Shown piece after piece: positions 1 to 9,192 of a stretch of 64,000 nucleotides of DNA. How positions within the stretch are numbered: position 1 is the first letter of the stretch; each line of letters begins with the position of its first letter. The notes below the pieces were generated by a model. That model did no database searches. It saw only the letters and a program-made list of their open reading frames with translations, and was not told the origin of the DNA. The translations under genes and the position numbers were made by a program. The stretch lies in contig CAWFQK010000001.1 in assembly GCA_963817955.1 (NCBI GenBank), positions 32,001 through 96,000 of the forward strand. Reading direction: 5' to 3'. This DNA comes from an uncultured Gemmatimonadaceae bacterium. Lineage in GTDB: Bacteria > Gemmatimonadota > Gemmatimonadetes > Gemmatimonadales > Gemmatimonadaceae.

Positions 1-2559
1 CCACGAATGGCCCCACAGACCCACCTTGGCCGAATCCACGATGCCCGTCGCGACGGCCGCCTTCACGGCCGGGACCAGCGCCCAAACGGCCGACATGCCG
101 GGATCATTGATCTTGTACACGATGTCCGGGTCGAGCACCGCATACCCGTGGCTCGTGTAGATGCTGCGGTTTGGCGTGCTCGTCTCGTTCAGCGTGACGT
201 AGCTGTTCGCCAGGTTTGACCGCTTCTCGTAGATGGTGACGAGCAGTGGGTACTTCTTCCCTGGCTCGTAATTCGCCGGCAGGTACAGCGCGCCCTGCAG
301 CTTGTCGCCTTTCGCCGTGGTGTAGCTGATCAGCTTGACGCCGCTGGTCCACGCGAAGTCCTTCTGCTGCGGATTGGCGTCGGTGATCTGCTGGCCTGGC
401 TTGAACGACGCGTCCGTCACGTAGTAGTTCGGAAAGTCGATTGCCGTCTGCCTCGTGTACACGAACACATCGGCATCCTTTGCCTTCTGGTACGCGAGCT
501 TCGCATCGTCCCACACCAGACGCTGCGCCCCAGGCTTGGACGGGTCGACCTTTGACACGCCTTCCTTCTTGGTCCACTCGCCATACGTGCTGAAGTAGAC
601 TGGCTTCGAAAGGTCGATCCCGTTCGCCGCCTGCCCGCCGCGACCACCGCGGCCGCCGCTCACCGCCGGTCGGTCATTGTCGAACGCGTACACACGCTGG
701 TAGCGGATCTGCTCCTTCTTGCCGTTCCCCGTCAGATTCACCGGCGCGCCGCCGTGGACCGGCACCTTCCAGACGTCAAAACCATCTGAGAGAAGCACGG
801 CGCTCCCGTCCTTGGACCAGCCGAGCGGCGGCACCGGGGGCGGCACGAGGTTGTTGTGGTCGTCCGACGTATCAGCGAACACCGTTGGTGGGTTCTTCAT
901 CAGCAGATGCTTCTCACCCGTCGCAACGTCGCCAATCCACCACTTTGCGTCATCGCCCCAGTACAGGAGGTTGCGACCATCGGGTGACGGCAGCGTCACC
1001 GACGCCAGATGCTTCTTGAGCAGCAGCTTGCGCTCGCCTGCCTTGAGGTCGACGGCATAAAGGTCCTCATAGCGGCGTCCGCTGTAGCTCGCCTGCTGAT
1101 CGTAATCGTGAGTATCGACGCCATACGCGAAGTGATCGTGGCCAGCCGTTGAAACCGTGCGCAGAGCGTCGTCGGACAACCGAACGAACTTGTTGTCGGC
1201 AACGCGATAGAACGAGAGGTAGTTGAACGCGCGGTCCTGTGCTTCCTGCACGATCTGCTGCGACTGCAGCCGCGGGTCCTTGGCATTCCAGAGGATCAGC
1301 GTCGGATTGTCATCCGGTGTATCGCTGACACGCGGTTGGTTGACGGTTCCACCGACGCCTGGTGCGCCCGCCTGAATCATGTTGTTGTTCCCGCGACCGT
1401 TCGCGGCGACCGTGCGATCATTCGCCGGCGCCTTTTTCGCCTCCCGAATGCCAAAGAACAGGGTGCCCAGGTCGTCTGAGAAACGCGGCGCACGGTCGGC
1501 GACAATCTTCATTCCCTTCGGGAAGTCACTGTGCTGTGCCGGATCGAACACCACTTTCTTGGGCGACGGCACGCTCACGTTGTTGAAGCTCACGACGGAG
1601 AACAGCGTATCGTGCGTCGTCGAGTCGGCCTTGCCGCGCAGCACCACGAGTGCGTATGCGCTGTCGGACCAGACGAGATGCCGGTACAGCGCGTGATCGG
1701 AATCGACGGCGCGCACGACATCCGTGCGCATGTTACGCAGCTGCACGCCGTTTCCGATCTGGTCCCGCGCGTCGATGGTGTATGCGAGCCACTCGCCCGT
1801 GTCGTCGAAACTGAACTCGGCCACGTTGCCCACGTTCACGGCATCGCCGCTCGACAGATTGTAGAGCACCACGTCGCTGCCATCGACGCGAGCCTGTGGC
1901 GCGCCACCAGCACCGCCACGACCGCCAGCGGCGGGTGCCGCGGCGCCGGCCGGCGCGGACTGAGCCGGATAGCTCTGCATCGCCACCCAAGTTGGCTTGT
2001 CGCCGTTGAACACGAAACGACGCACCCGGTCGAAGTCTTTCTTCTCGCCCGTGGCGAGGTTGACGAGCGCCATCTTGTTCTGAGTCGGAGCTGCCGGAGG
2101 CGCCGCCGCGGCGCCCGGCGGGCCGCCCCGACCGGCGCCGCGACCGCCGCGACCGTTCGTCGAGGGTGGGTACACCGTGAACGCCACCCAGCGCGAGTCG
2201 CCGCTGATCGAGAGCGACGCGCTGCCTCCGCCGGCGCCACCACCGGCGCCACCACCACCCGCGTCTCCGATCGGGAACTTCATCTCCTTCCCATCGGCGC
2301 CGGTCGAACGAATGATGACATTGGCGTCGCCTTCGTTGGGCGCCAAGACGTAGGCGAACCATTTGCCATCGTTCGACAGCACTGACTGGCGAATGCTCTT
2401 CCACGCCTTGAGGTCGGCGGCCTGCAACTGCTTCGTTCCGCGCGACGGCGTTGTCTGCTGGGCCCGCGCGATTGGCGCGAACGCAAGAAGGAGGGCGGCG
2501 GGAGCGCAGGCAAGGCGAATCTGCCAGGCTCGCGCGCGCGGAGGGGGTGCAAGGCGCAT
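1..2559 (-). CDS. S9 family (prolyl oligopeptidase/dipeptidyl peptidase-like) secreted peptidase, 3' end outside window
   Basis: ATG at 2559 with GGGGAG RBS. Signal peptide (LLLAFAPIARA|QQ), beta-propeller-like repeats (SNDGKWFAY), and the frame runs off the window at KVGLWGHSW (GxSxG nucleophile). Absent from the ORF track because no stop lies in the window. Confidence 0.9.
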   Translation of the reverse strand, partial: MRLAPPPRARAWQIRLACAPAALLLAFAPIARAQQTTPSRGTKQLQAADLKAWKSIRQSVLSNDGKWFAYVLAPNEGDANVIIRSTGADGKEMKFPIGDAGGGGAGGGAGGGSASLSISGDSRWVAFTVYPPSTNGRGGRGAGRGGPPGAAAAPPAAPTQNKMALVNLATGEKKDFDRVRRFVFNGDKPTWVAMQSYPAQSAPAGAAAPAAGGRGGAGGAPQARVDGSDVVLYNLSSGDAVNVGNVAEFSFDDTGEWLAYTIDARDQIGNGVQLRNMRTDVVRAVDSDHALYRHLVWSDSAYALVVLRGKADSTTHDTLFSVVSFNNVSVPSPKKVVFDPAQHSDFPKGMKIVADRAPRFSDDLGTLFFGIREAKKAPANDRTVAANGRGNNNMIQAGAPGVGGTVNQPRVSDTPDDNPTLILWNAKDPRLQSQQIVQEAQDRAFNYLSFYRVADNKFVRLSDDALRTVSTAGHDHFAYGVDTHDYDQQASYSGRRYEDLYAVDLKAGERKLLLKKHLASVTLPSPDGRNLLYWGDDAKWWIGDVATGEKHLLMKNPPTVFADTSDDHNNLVPPPVPPLGWSKDGSAVLLSDGFDVWKVPVHGGAPVNLTGNGKKEQIRYQRVYAFDNDRPAVSGGRGGRGGQAANGIDLSKPVYFSTYGEWTKKEGVSKVDPSKPGAQRLVWDDAKLAYQKAKDADVFVYTRQTAIDFPNYYVTDASFKPGQQITDANPQQKDFAWTSGVKLISYTTAKGDKLQGALYLPANYEPGKKYPLLVTIYEKRSNLANSYVTLNETSTPNRSIYTSHGYAVLDPDIVYKINDPGMSAVWALVPAVKAAVATGIVDSAKVGLWGHSW

Positions 2560-2745
2560 GGTGACTCCCCGTCACTGTGAGACGGCACTACAGGGTGAAG
2601 TGAAGCCAGGAACGTACGGATTGGGCGCTTACCTGTCCATCTACGGAAAACGCTAAAGCCCCCCACTTTACTGACCGATACTTCTTCGTGGAAGGTCTTA
2701 CCCCCGGCTGAATTCGGTCGGGGTACTCGCATGGCCGGGAGCATT

Positions 2746-3312
2746 ATGCGGAAAACGATCATGGGCGCCGCCGTCTTTGGCGCCGCGGCGCTGATAAGCT
2801 ACGGCTGCCACCAGGCGCCGCGCCCGTCGCACATTCCCGACGCGTTGGGTAATGCCGCTCCAATCCGGGACGTGACCGCGGAGGCGCACATCCGGGACAT
2901 TGAAATGGAGCCATACGACGCGGTGGACCATCTCTACCGGAACGCCAAGAGCCAGCTCCCAACTTCGGTGCGCCTGGCCGTCCTGGACACGGCGGATTGG
3001 GATGCGATCTGGAAGCGAATGGTCGGCACGAACCCCCCAGCACCCCTTCCGCCCGTGGATTTCTCGCGTGAAATGCTGCTCGTCGTCGGCATGGGTCAGG
3101 CGCCTTGCATGGGCTACCAGATCAGCGTCGACACGGTGTTCCGTGACAAGGACAAACGCATCTACGCCGTCGTTCGCGAGCGGCATCACGGCTCGCGCTG
3201 CGGTTGTCTGAACGAAGTCGTCTCGCCAGTAGACGTCGTCCGCGTGCCGCGCACAGTGCGGCCGGTGACCTTCCTCGAGCGGGCGGAGACGAATGTGTGC
3301 GAGGAGCGCTGA
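2746..3312 (+). CDS. lipoprotein with PrcB C-terminal-like domain
   Basis: Lipobox-like ISYGC; PPVDFSREMLLVVGMGQAPCMGYQISVD resembles PrcB_C. Start could be 2731, 2746 or 2761. Confidence 0.7.
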   Translation: MRKTIMGAAVFGAAALISYGCHQAPRPSHIPDALGNAAPIRDVTAEAHIRDIEMEPYDAVDHLYRNAKSQLPTSVRLAVLDTADWDAIWKRMVGTNPPAPLPPVDFSREMLLVVGMGQAPCMGYQISVDTVFRDKDKRIYAVVRERHHGSRCGCLNEVVSPVDVVRVPRTVRPVTFLERAETNVCEER

Positions 3313-3345
3313 CGGCTGGGCGAGACGCTAGACGCTAGTTGGTCA

Positions 3346-3376
3346 AGAAGGCACACGGGAACCCCGTGTGCCTTCT
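3346..3376. terminator. probable bidirectional intrinsic terminator hairpin
   Basis: AGAAGGCACACGGG-aac-CCCGTGTGCCTTCT, a 14-bp perfect stem between convergent genes. Confidence 0.75.
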
Positions 3377-3377
3377 A

Positions 3378-4610
3378 TCATTCGCCCCCGAAAACCACCC
3401 CGTGTCGCTCGCGCCCCATCCAGGCGGCAACGGCGCCGAGGCTGAACACCGTGATCGCTGTGAACGCCATCGCGGTCGCATAGGTCATGTGATCGGCGAA
3501 CACCGCCTCGATGAACGCCACGGATCCCGCCACCGCCACGCCGCACTGGTAGGCGAATCCCGGCAGGAAGCCGCGGACGGAATCGGGTGCCAACTCGTTG
3601 ATGTGGACCGGGATCACGCCCCAGGCGCCCTGCACCATGAACTGCATCACGAATCCACCGACCATCAGCAGCGGCACCGTTGGGGCAAAGGCCCAGAGCG
3701 GAATGGCCACGATGGCCAAACACAGGGCAATCACGATCGATTTTCGCCGCCCAATGCGATCGGAGAAATGGCCGAATAGAATACCGCCGGTGATCGCGCC
3801 CAGGTTGGCGATCATCGTCACGATCGCCACCCGTTGCGGTGTGAAGTGCCAGTCGCGCTTGAGGAAGGTGGGGTACATGTCCTGTGTGCCGTGCGACACG
3901 AAGTTCATGAGCGCCATGAACACGAACAGATACAGGAACAGCTTCCAGTGCGACGCGAGGCCGCGCACGTACTCCGACCAGCTCTTGCGGGGCGTCCGCT
4001 CCCAGACCTCCGACTCCTGCACGAAGCTGCGTACGTACAGGGCAACGAGTGCGGGAATGCCGCCGATGAAGAACATCGGGCGCCAGCCCCATCGCGGGAA
4101 CACGAAGAAGTAGCAGATCGCCGCGAGAAGATTTCCGCAGGCGTATCCTTCCTGCAGGAGACCCGAGAAGATGCCGCGCCTGTGCCGAGGCGCCTTCTCC
4201 ATTGCGAGCGACGCGCCGACCCCCCACTCGCCGCCCATGCCAATGCCGAAGAGCGCGCGCAGTACGAGGAACGTCGTGAAGTTGTGCGCAAACCCGGTCG
4301 CCACTTCGACCACCGAGTAGAACACGAGGTCGATCATCAGTGGAATCTTCCGACCCCAGCGATCGGCCATCAGGCCGAAGACGAACGCCCCAACCGGACG
4401 GAACATCAGCGTGATCGTCAGCGACAGCGCGATCGCTTTGTCCGTTTGGCCAAAATCTTTGGCGATCGCGGTCAGCGTGTACGTGACGAGGAAGAAATCG
4501 AACGCATCGAGCGTCCAGCCGAGGAAGCTGGCGATCACCGCCGCGCGGTGGCCTTGCGCGACTGGCGCGTCGTACGACGCGCCCTTTGGCGGAGTCAAGG
4601 TTGCGCCCAC
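3378..4610 (-). CDS. MFS transporter, sialate/carboxylate:H+ symporter (NanT/Jen1-like)
   Basis: FLGWTLDAFDFF, ADRWGRK, GIGMGGEWG and NFVSHGTQDMYPTFL motifs; ~12 TM segments. GTG start at 4610 is inferred. Confidence 0.9.
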   Translation of the reverse strand: MGATLTPPKGASYDAPVAQGHRAAVIASFLGWTLDAFDFFLVTYTLTAIAKDFGQTDKAIALSLTITLMFRPVGAFVFGLMADRWGRKIPLMIDLVFYSVVEVATGFAHNFTTFLVLRALFGIGMGGEWGVGASLAMEKAPRHRRGIFSGLLQEGYACGNLLAAICYFFVFPRWGWRPMFFIGGIPALVALYVRSFVQESEVWERTPRKSWSEYVRGLASHWKLFLYLFVFMALMNFVSHGTQDMYPTFLKRDWHFTPQRVAIVTMIANLGAITGGILFGHFSDRIGRRKSIVIALCLAIVAIPLWAFAPTVPLLMVGGFVMQFMVQGAWGVIPVHINELAPDSVRGFLPGFAYQCGVAVAGSVAFIEAVFADHMTYATAMAFTAITVFSLGAVAAWMGRERHGVVFGGE

Positions 4611-4770
4611 GCCTAGTTGCCGCCCTTCGGAACCGCGCAGATCGCGACCTGCACGTCGAAGGTGTGATTCTGTGAACGGCGCATCGGACTCCCTGAGATC
4701 CCGTGTGAGTCGGGAATATGATGCGCCGTTCGGCTGCTCGCTACCAGTTGGCGGCTCAAGCGACGTCTCG

Positions 4771-6462
4771 TCAATAGCCGGCTGCGTGCCCGTCCTTTCG
4801 CGGGTCGGAGCCGGCCACATAGCCCCTCCCCAGCCTGATGATTGCCTGGCTGCCGCCGAACTGCGACGGCCGCGACACCACGACATCATGCCCCATGGCG
4901 CGAAGCTGTGCCACGACGCTGTCGGCAATGACGGGCTCGACGAGCACGCGCACGCCATCCATGTGGCGGAAACGGCCAGCGTCCATGGCCTCCTGCACGT
5001 TCATCCCGAACACGAGAATGTTGATGAGAAACTGTGCATGACCCTGCGCCTGCATTGCCCCACCCATCAGCCCAAAGCTCATCCACGGCTCGTCGCCCGT
5101 GCCGTCCGGCGCAGAGCGCGGGCCCGGCTTCGTGACGAATCCCGGAATGAGCGTGTGAAACGGACGCTTGCCCGGCGCAACGGTATTCGGTAGCCCCGGC
5201 TCGAGCGTGAATCCCGCTCCGCGATCGTGCAACGCGAACCCGGTCCCCGGCACCACGACACCCGATCCAAACTCGTCAAACAGGCTGTTGATGAACGACA
5301 CCATGTTGCCGTCCTTATCGGCAACGGTGAGATACACGGTCTCGCCCGACGTGCGCTCGGGACCCGGCTCAGCATGCACCTGCGGCTTATGCTCGTCGAC
5401 ATGCGACCGGCGCTCGGCAATGAATGCATCGCTGAGCAGATAGCTGGGCGGCACCGTGAGATGCTCGGCGTCGCCCACGTACCGTCCGAGATCGGCGTAG
5501 GCGAGCTTCTTGGCCTCGATCAAATGGTGCAGATACGGCGCGGAATTCTGTCCCATGGCCTGCAGGTCATATGGGTCGAGAATCCGCAGCATCTCCAGCG
5601 TGGCAATTCCCTGGTTGTTCGGGGGCAACTCCCAGACGCGGTAGCCCTTGAACATCGTCGAGATGGGCGTGACCCACGTCGGCTGATTGTTCTTGAGATC
5701 ATCCAGCGTGAGGAATCCGCCGAGTTTCTGTATGTGCTGCACGATGCGCTGGCCAAGCGCGCCCCCGTACAACGCGGCTGGTCCTTCCTTGGCCACTTGG
5801 CGCAGGGTAGCCGCATAATCAGGGTTTTGGAACCACTGGCCAGCCTTTGGCGTTGCGCCATTCACCAGGAACGTCGCACGAGCGCCGTCGTCATTCGTGA
5901 GTTTGCGTTGCTGGCCGAGCCAGTCGCCGGCAATGACGGGCGTGACGGGGAAACCCGTTTCCGCGTAATCGATCGCCGGTTGAAGCGCCTGCGCGAGCGT
6001 GATCGTGCCGTATTTGCGGAGGAGCTCGTTCCATCCGGCGAGTGCGCCGGGAACGGTCACCGTTTCAATGCCACCGGACGGCATGCGCGTGCGGCCGCGT
6101 TTGAGCAACGTCTCGCGCGTCATCAGCGATCCCGCACGGCCGCTGGCGTTGAGCGCCACGAGATGCTTCTCCTTGGCGCTCCAGATCAGCGCGAACATGT
6201 CGCCGCCAATGCCGGTCATCATCGGCTCGACCACAGACAGCACCGCCGCCGCGGTCACCGCCGCATCGATCGCATTGCCGCCGTGCTGCAGCACGTTGAG
6301 CGCCGCGGCCGTGGCGAGCGGCTGGCTCGTTGCGGCCACTCCGTTCGGCGCATATACGGGCGATCGTCCGGCCATCGTGGCGGCGCGCTGCGCGTCAGCC
6401 GCGGCGGGAATGAGCAACAACGCGGCGGCGCTCACCGCGCGACAGAAGGCAACTCGGGGCAT
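4771..6462 (-). CDS. ggt: gamma-glutamyltransferase
   Basis: GGNAIDAAV, EPMMTGIGGDMF, nucleophile Thr (ETVYLTVAD), PGKRPFHT, GSDPRKDG; N-terminal signal peptide. Confidence 0.95.
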   Translation of the reverse strand: MPRVAFCRAVSAAALLLIPAAADAQRAATMAGRSPVYAPNGVAATSQPLATAAALNVLQHGGNAIDAAVTAAAVLSVVEPMMTGIGGDMFALIWSAKEKHLVALNASGRAGSLMTRETLLKRGRTRMPSGGIETVTVPGALAGWNELLRKYGTITLAQALQPAIDYAETGFPVTPVIAGDWLGQQRKLTNDDGARATFLVNGATPKAGQWFQNPDYAATLRQVAKEGPAALYGGALGQRIVQHIQKLGGFLTLDDLKNNQPTWVTPISTMFKGYRVWELPPNNQGIATLEMLRILDPYDLQAMGQNSAPYLHHLIEAKKLAYADLGRYVGDAEHLTVPPSYLLSDAFIAERRSHVDEHKPQVHAEPGPERTSGETVYLTVADKDGNMVSFINSLFDEFGSGVVVPGTGFALHDRGAGFTLEPGLPNTVAPGKRPFHTLIPGFVTKPGPRSAPDGTGDEPWMSFGLMGGAMQAQGHAQFLINILVFGMNVQEAMDAGRFRHMDGVRVLVEPVIADSVVAQLRAMGHDVVVSRPSQFGGSQAIIRLGRGYVAGSDPRKDGHAAGY

Positions 6463-6507
6463 GAGGACAGTCCACGGTGTCAGGTGATGAGACTCGACGC
6501 GAGCATG

Positions 6508-7080
6508 CTAGCTGCCGAGCGCTCGCAGGTCGTCCGGCGTATCCACGTCGCGCGGCATGGGTGCATCGACATCCACATAAGCCACCGAGCGGGCGCTCCG
6601 CTCAATGAGCAGGCGCGCGCCGGCGTCGCCGTGCAGCTCGCACAGCGCGGGAAACAGCGCGCGTGCGAACAGCACGGGGTGCCCTCCAATACCACGATAG
6701 CGCGCGCTCACGATGGGTTTCCCGGTCTCACGCCAGCAAGCGATCACAGCCTGAATCACGCCAGGGTCGATGCTGGGTTGGTCTCCCATCGCGATCACTG
6801 CCGCTTCGGCATCGTCGCCCAACGCAGCAATGCCACGAGCCAGTGAGCCGCCCAGTCCATCTATCCAGTGTGCATTCTCGACGATCGACAGATCGAGGCT
6901 GGCCAGTGCGGTACGCACCTCATCCGCGGCGCTGCCGACCACAACGATGCATGCGTCGGTCACGCCGCTCAGCGTTTGCGCAGCATGGCGCACGACCGGC
7001 TTGCCGTGGAGCGGCGCGACGAGCTTCTGCGCCCCGAAACGGCGAGCTCCGCCGGCGGCGAGCAGCACGCCGGCGATCAT
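6508..7080 (-). CDS. molybdenum cofactor cytidylyltransferase-like nucleotidyltransferase (MocA/MobA family)
   Basis: IAGVLLAAGGARRFGAQKL, GDQP, GHPVLF, DVDTPDD; ATGA overlap with the upstream gene. Confidence 0.88.
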   Translation of the reverse strand: MIAGVLLAAGGARRFGAQKLVAPLHGKPVVRHAAQTLSGVTDACIVVVGSAADEVRTALASLDLSIVENAHWIDGLGGSLARGIAALGDDAEAAVIAMGDQPSIDPGVIQAVIACWRETGKPIVSARYRGIGGHPVLFARALFPALCELHGDAGARLLIERSARSVAYVDVDAPMPRDVDTPDDLRALGS

Positions 7081-7442
7081 GCGAGCGATGCGATTGCGCG
7101 ATGCATGGTGTCCAGGGGCAGCGTGGCGCACTTGCGACGCGCCGGCGGCGGCTCGCCTTCCAACGCGTTGGCGATCCATGCCGCGTCAATGCCCCGCAGT
7201 TCGCTCAGCGACAGGCCCCGCACCTGCTCCGTGAGCAGCGACGCCGATGCAATGCACAGCGCACAGGCGTCGGCAGTGAATTTCGCATCGGTAATCCGGT
7301 CGCCTTCGGTGCGCAGCTGAACTCGAATGCGATCGCCGCAGAGCGGATTTGCGCCCTCGGCTTCGGCCGTCGCGTTGGCAAGCGGCCCTCGGTTTCGCGG
7401 CTGGCGAAAATGCTGGAGCACGACAGCGCGGAATGTCGTCAC
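7077..7442 (-). CDS. IscU/SufU (NifU N-terminal) family protein
   Basis: HFRQPRNRG, NPLCGD, ACALCIASAS, RRKCA. Confidence 0.88.
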   Translation of the reverse strand: MTTFRAVVLQHFRQPRNRGPLANATAEAEGANPLCGDRIRVQLRTEGDRITDAKFTADACALCIASASLLTEQVRGLSLSELRGIDAAWIANALEGEPPPARRKCATLPLDTMHRAIASLA

Positions 7443-8407
7443 ACGCGTTTGCCGTTTCTTATGGCGACGATCTCTGCGAGAATCGCCAAGGCGACTTCGG
7501 CCGATTGTTTGCCGCCGAGGTCCAACCCGATCGGCGTGTGGATACGCGCTATCTCGTCGTCGGAGAACCCTTCATCTCGCAACATGTCGCGTACCGCCCC
7601 ACCGCGCTTGCGACTGCCGAGCAAGCCGAGATAGCCGAGCGGCGTGCGCAACAACTGGCGGAGCACCGGTAACTCGTACTTATAGTCGTGCGCCACGAGC
7701 AGCACCGCCGTGTTCTTTCCCGGCGCGAGCTCGGCGACGATTTCCGATGGCATGCCGACGCGAATGGAGTCCGCATCGGGGAAACGCGCCTTGGTGGCAT
7801 ACCGCTCGCGCCCGTCCACGACGATGCTGCGCATGTCGAGTGCGCGCCCGAAGTGTGTCAGCGACATCGCAATCTCACCGGCGCCAACAATGATCAGCGT
7901 GAGCGGCGGCGCGAGATGATCCACGAAGACGCGCTCGTCCACCGCCCCCGCATCGCGCACGGCGTCTTCCGCCACGACGCGCGGCGCGGTGCTGCCTTCG
8001 AGCGGGGTGATGATCGCCGCGGATTCGCCCCGTGCAAGAAGTGCCGCGGCCTCCTGGTGCGCCACGATCACGGGATCAGCCGGGTCCGCGGGACAGACGC
8101 GCTCGAGCAGCACGTCGATACGTCCGCCGCAGGTCAAACCGATTTCCCATGCCTCGTCATCGTCGAGCGAAACGGACAACAGCGTTCGGTTGCCACCGTC
8201 GGTCATACGGTCGGCCGCGTCGATGACTTGCGCGTCTACGCATCCGCCAATCGTCACGCCGCCGAGCAGCTTTCCACTCGCGCCGACGATCATCTTTGCG
8301 CCGACCTTCTTGGAGGAGCTACCGCTAGCCGCGACGAGCGTAGCGAGGACGATGCTCGTTTCGCCCCGCAGTGCCGGATCGGTTGGATCGAGAAGGAAGT
8401 GGGACAT
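7439..8407 (-). CDS. XdhC/CoxI family molybdoenzyme maturation factor
   Basis: GAKMIV, IGGCVD, GLTCGGRIDV, YLGLLGSRKR, HTPIGLDLGG. Confidence 0.92.
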   Translation of the reverse strand: MSHFLLDPTDPALRGETSIVLATLVAASGSSSKKVGAKMIVGASGKLLGGVTIGGCVDAQVIDAADRMTDGGNRTLLSVSLDDDEAWEIGLTCGGRIDVLLERVCPADPADPVIVAHQEAAALLARGESAAIITPLEGSTAPRVVAEDAVRDAGAVDERVFVDHLAPPLTLIIVGAGEIAMSLTHFGRALDMRSIVVDGRERYATKARFPDADSIRVGMPSEIVAELAPGKNTAVLLVAHDYKYELPVLRQLLRTPLGYLGLLGSRKRGGAVRDMLRDEGFSDDEIARIHTPIGLDLGGKQSAEVALAILAEIVAIRNGKRV

Positions 8408-8413
8408 GGTGTC

Positions 8414-9178
8414 TCAAGTCTGCGTCGAAGCCTGAAGAACGTCCAGCCAGAGGTGCCGGAGCTCGCTCGCCCCGCGTGCGTTCGGCTCGATCAGCGACCG
8501 GCGCCAATACCATCGCTCGCCTTCGGGCGCCGTCAGGCCATGTCCGAGAAAATGCGCGTGTGCGTCGGCGAGCACCACGTTCGGCGTGCCGCTGGCGAGT
8601 GTGCGAATGTGATCGTTCAGGGTGTCCAGCATGTCGATCGGCAGCGGCGCACCGTCGTAGACGCCAGGAATGCAACCTGTGCGATCTGAAGGATCGTACG
8701 CCGTGGTGAGTAGGACCGTGGCGTTTGAAAAGCGGCTGCGCAGGTTGTCCACGAGAAAGTCATACGCCTCGACGATATCAGCGACGAACTTCTCGAGTAG
8801 CGGCCGGCGCGGCCGGCTGCCATACGCGCTGAGCAGGTCGTTTCCGCCGACCGTCAGCGTAATGAGCATTGCCTCGTCGCGGTCCTCGAGTTGCGAGAGC
8901 TGCTCGCCGAACACCCCACCGATCGTCGCGTCATCGGTCGTCAGATTCTCGAACGCAATGCCGGGGTACAACGACACGAGGTCGTTGCCGAGGTCCTCCG
9001 GCCAACGCTCTTCGGCATTGTGATACAACAGTGAGGCCGCGCCGAGCTGCGCCACGCGACCGGCAGCCGGCACGCGCTCGAGGGCGACCGCCACGTCGAT
9101 CTCACCGGCATCGAGCGCGGGATAGAGATCGATCGACATCGAATCGCCGAGGGCGATGTAGCGAGTGAAATCAGTCAT
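8414..9178 (-). CDS. SGNH/GDSL hydrolase
   Basis: YIALGDS, TVGGNDL. C-terminal block reads IEPNARG, with Glu in place of the usual His. Confidence 0.8.
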   Translation of the reverse strand: MTDFTRYIALGDSMSIDLYPALDAGEIDVAVALERVPAAGRVAQLGAASLLYHNAEERWPEDLGNDLVSLYPGIAFENLTTDDATIGGVFGEQLSQLEDRDEAMLITLTVGGNDLLSAYGSRPRRPLLEKFVADIVEAYDFLVDNLRSRFSNATVLLTTAYDPSDRTGCIPGVYDGAPLPIDMLDTLNDHIRTLASGTPNVVLADAHAHFLGHGLTAPEGERWYWRRSLIEPNARGASELRHLWLDVLQASTQT

Positions 9179-9192
9179 GACGTGCGTAGGCC

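Noticed and set aside
1531..2575. Long alternative-frame and antisense ORFs here and throughout (e.g. 5227-6846, 10496-12070, 47910-49076)
   Set aside because: These are shadow ORFs of high-GC coding sequence lying over genes with clear family motifs.
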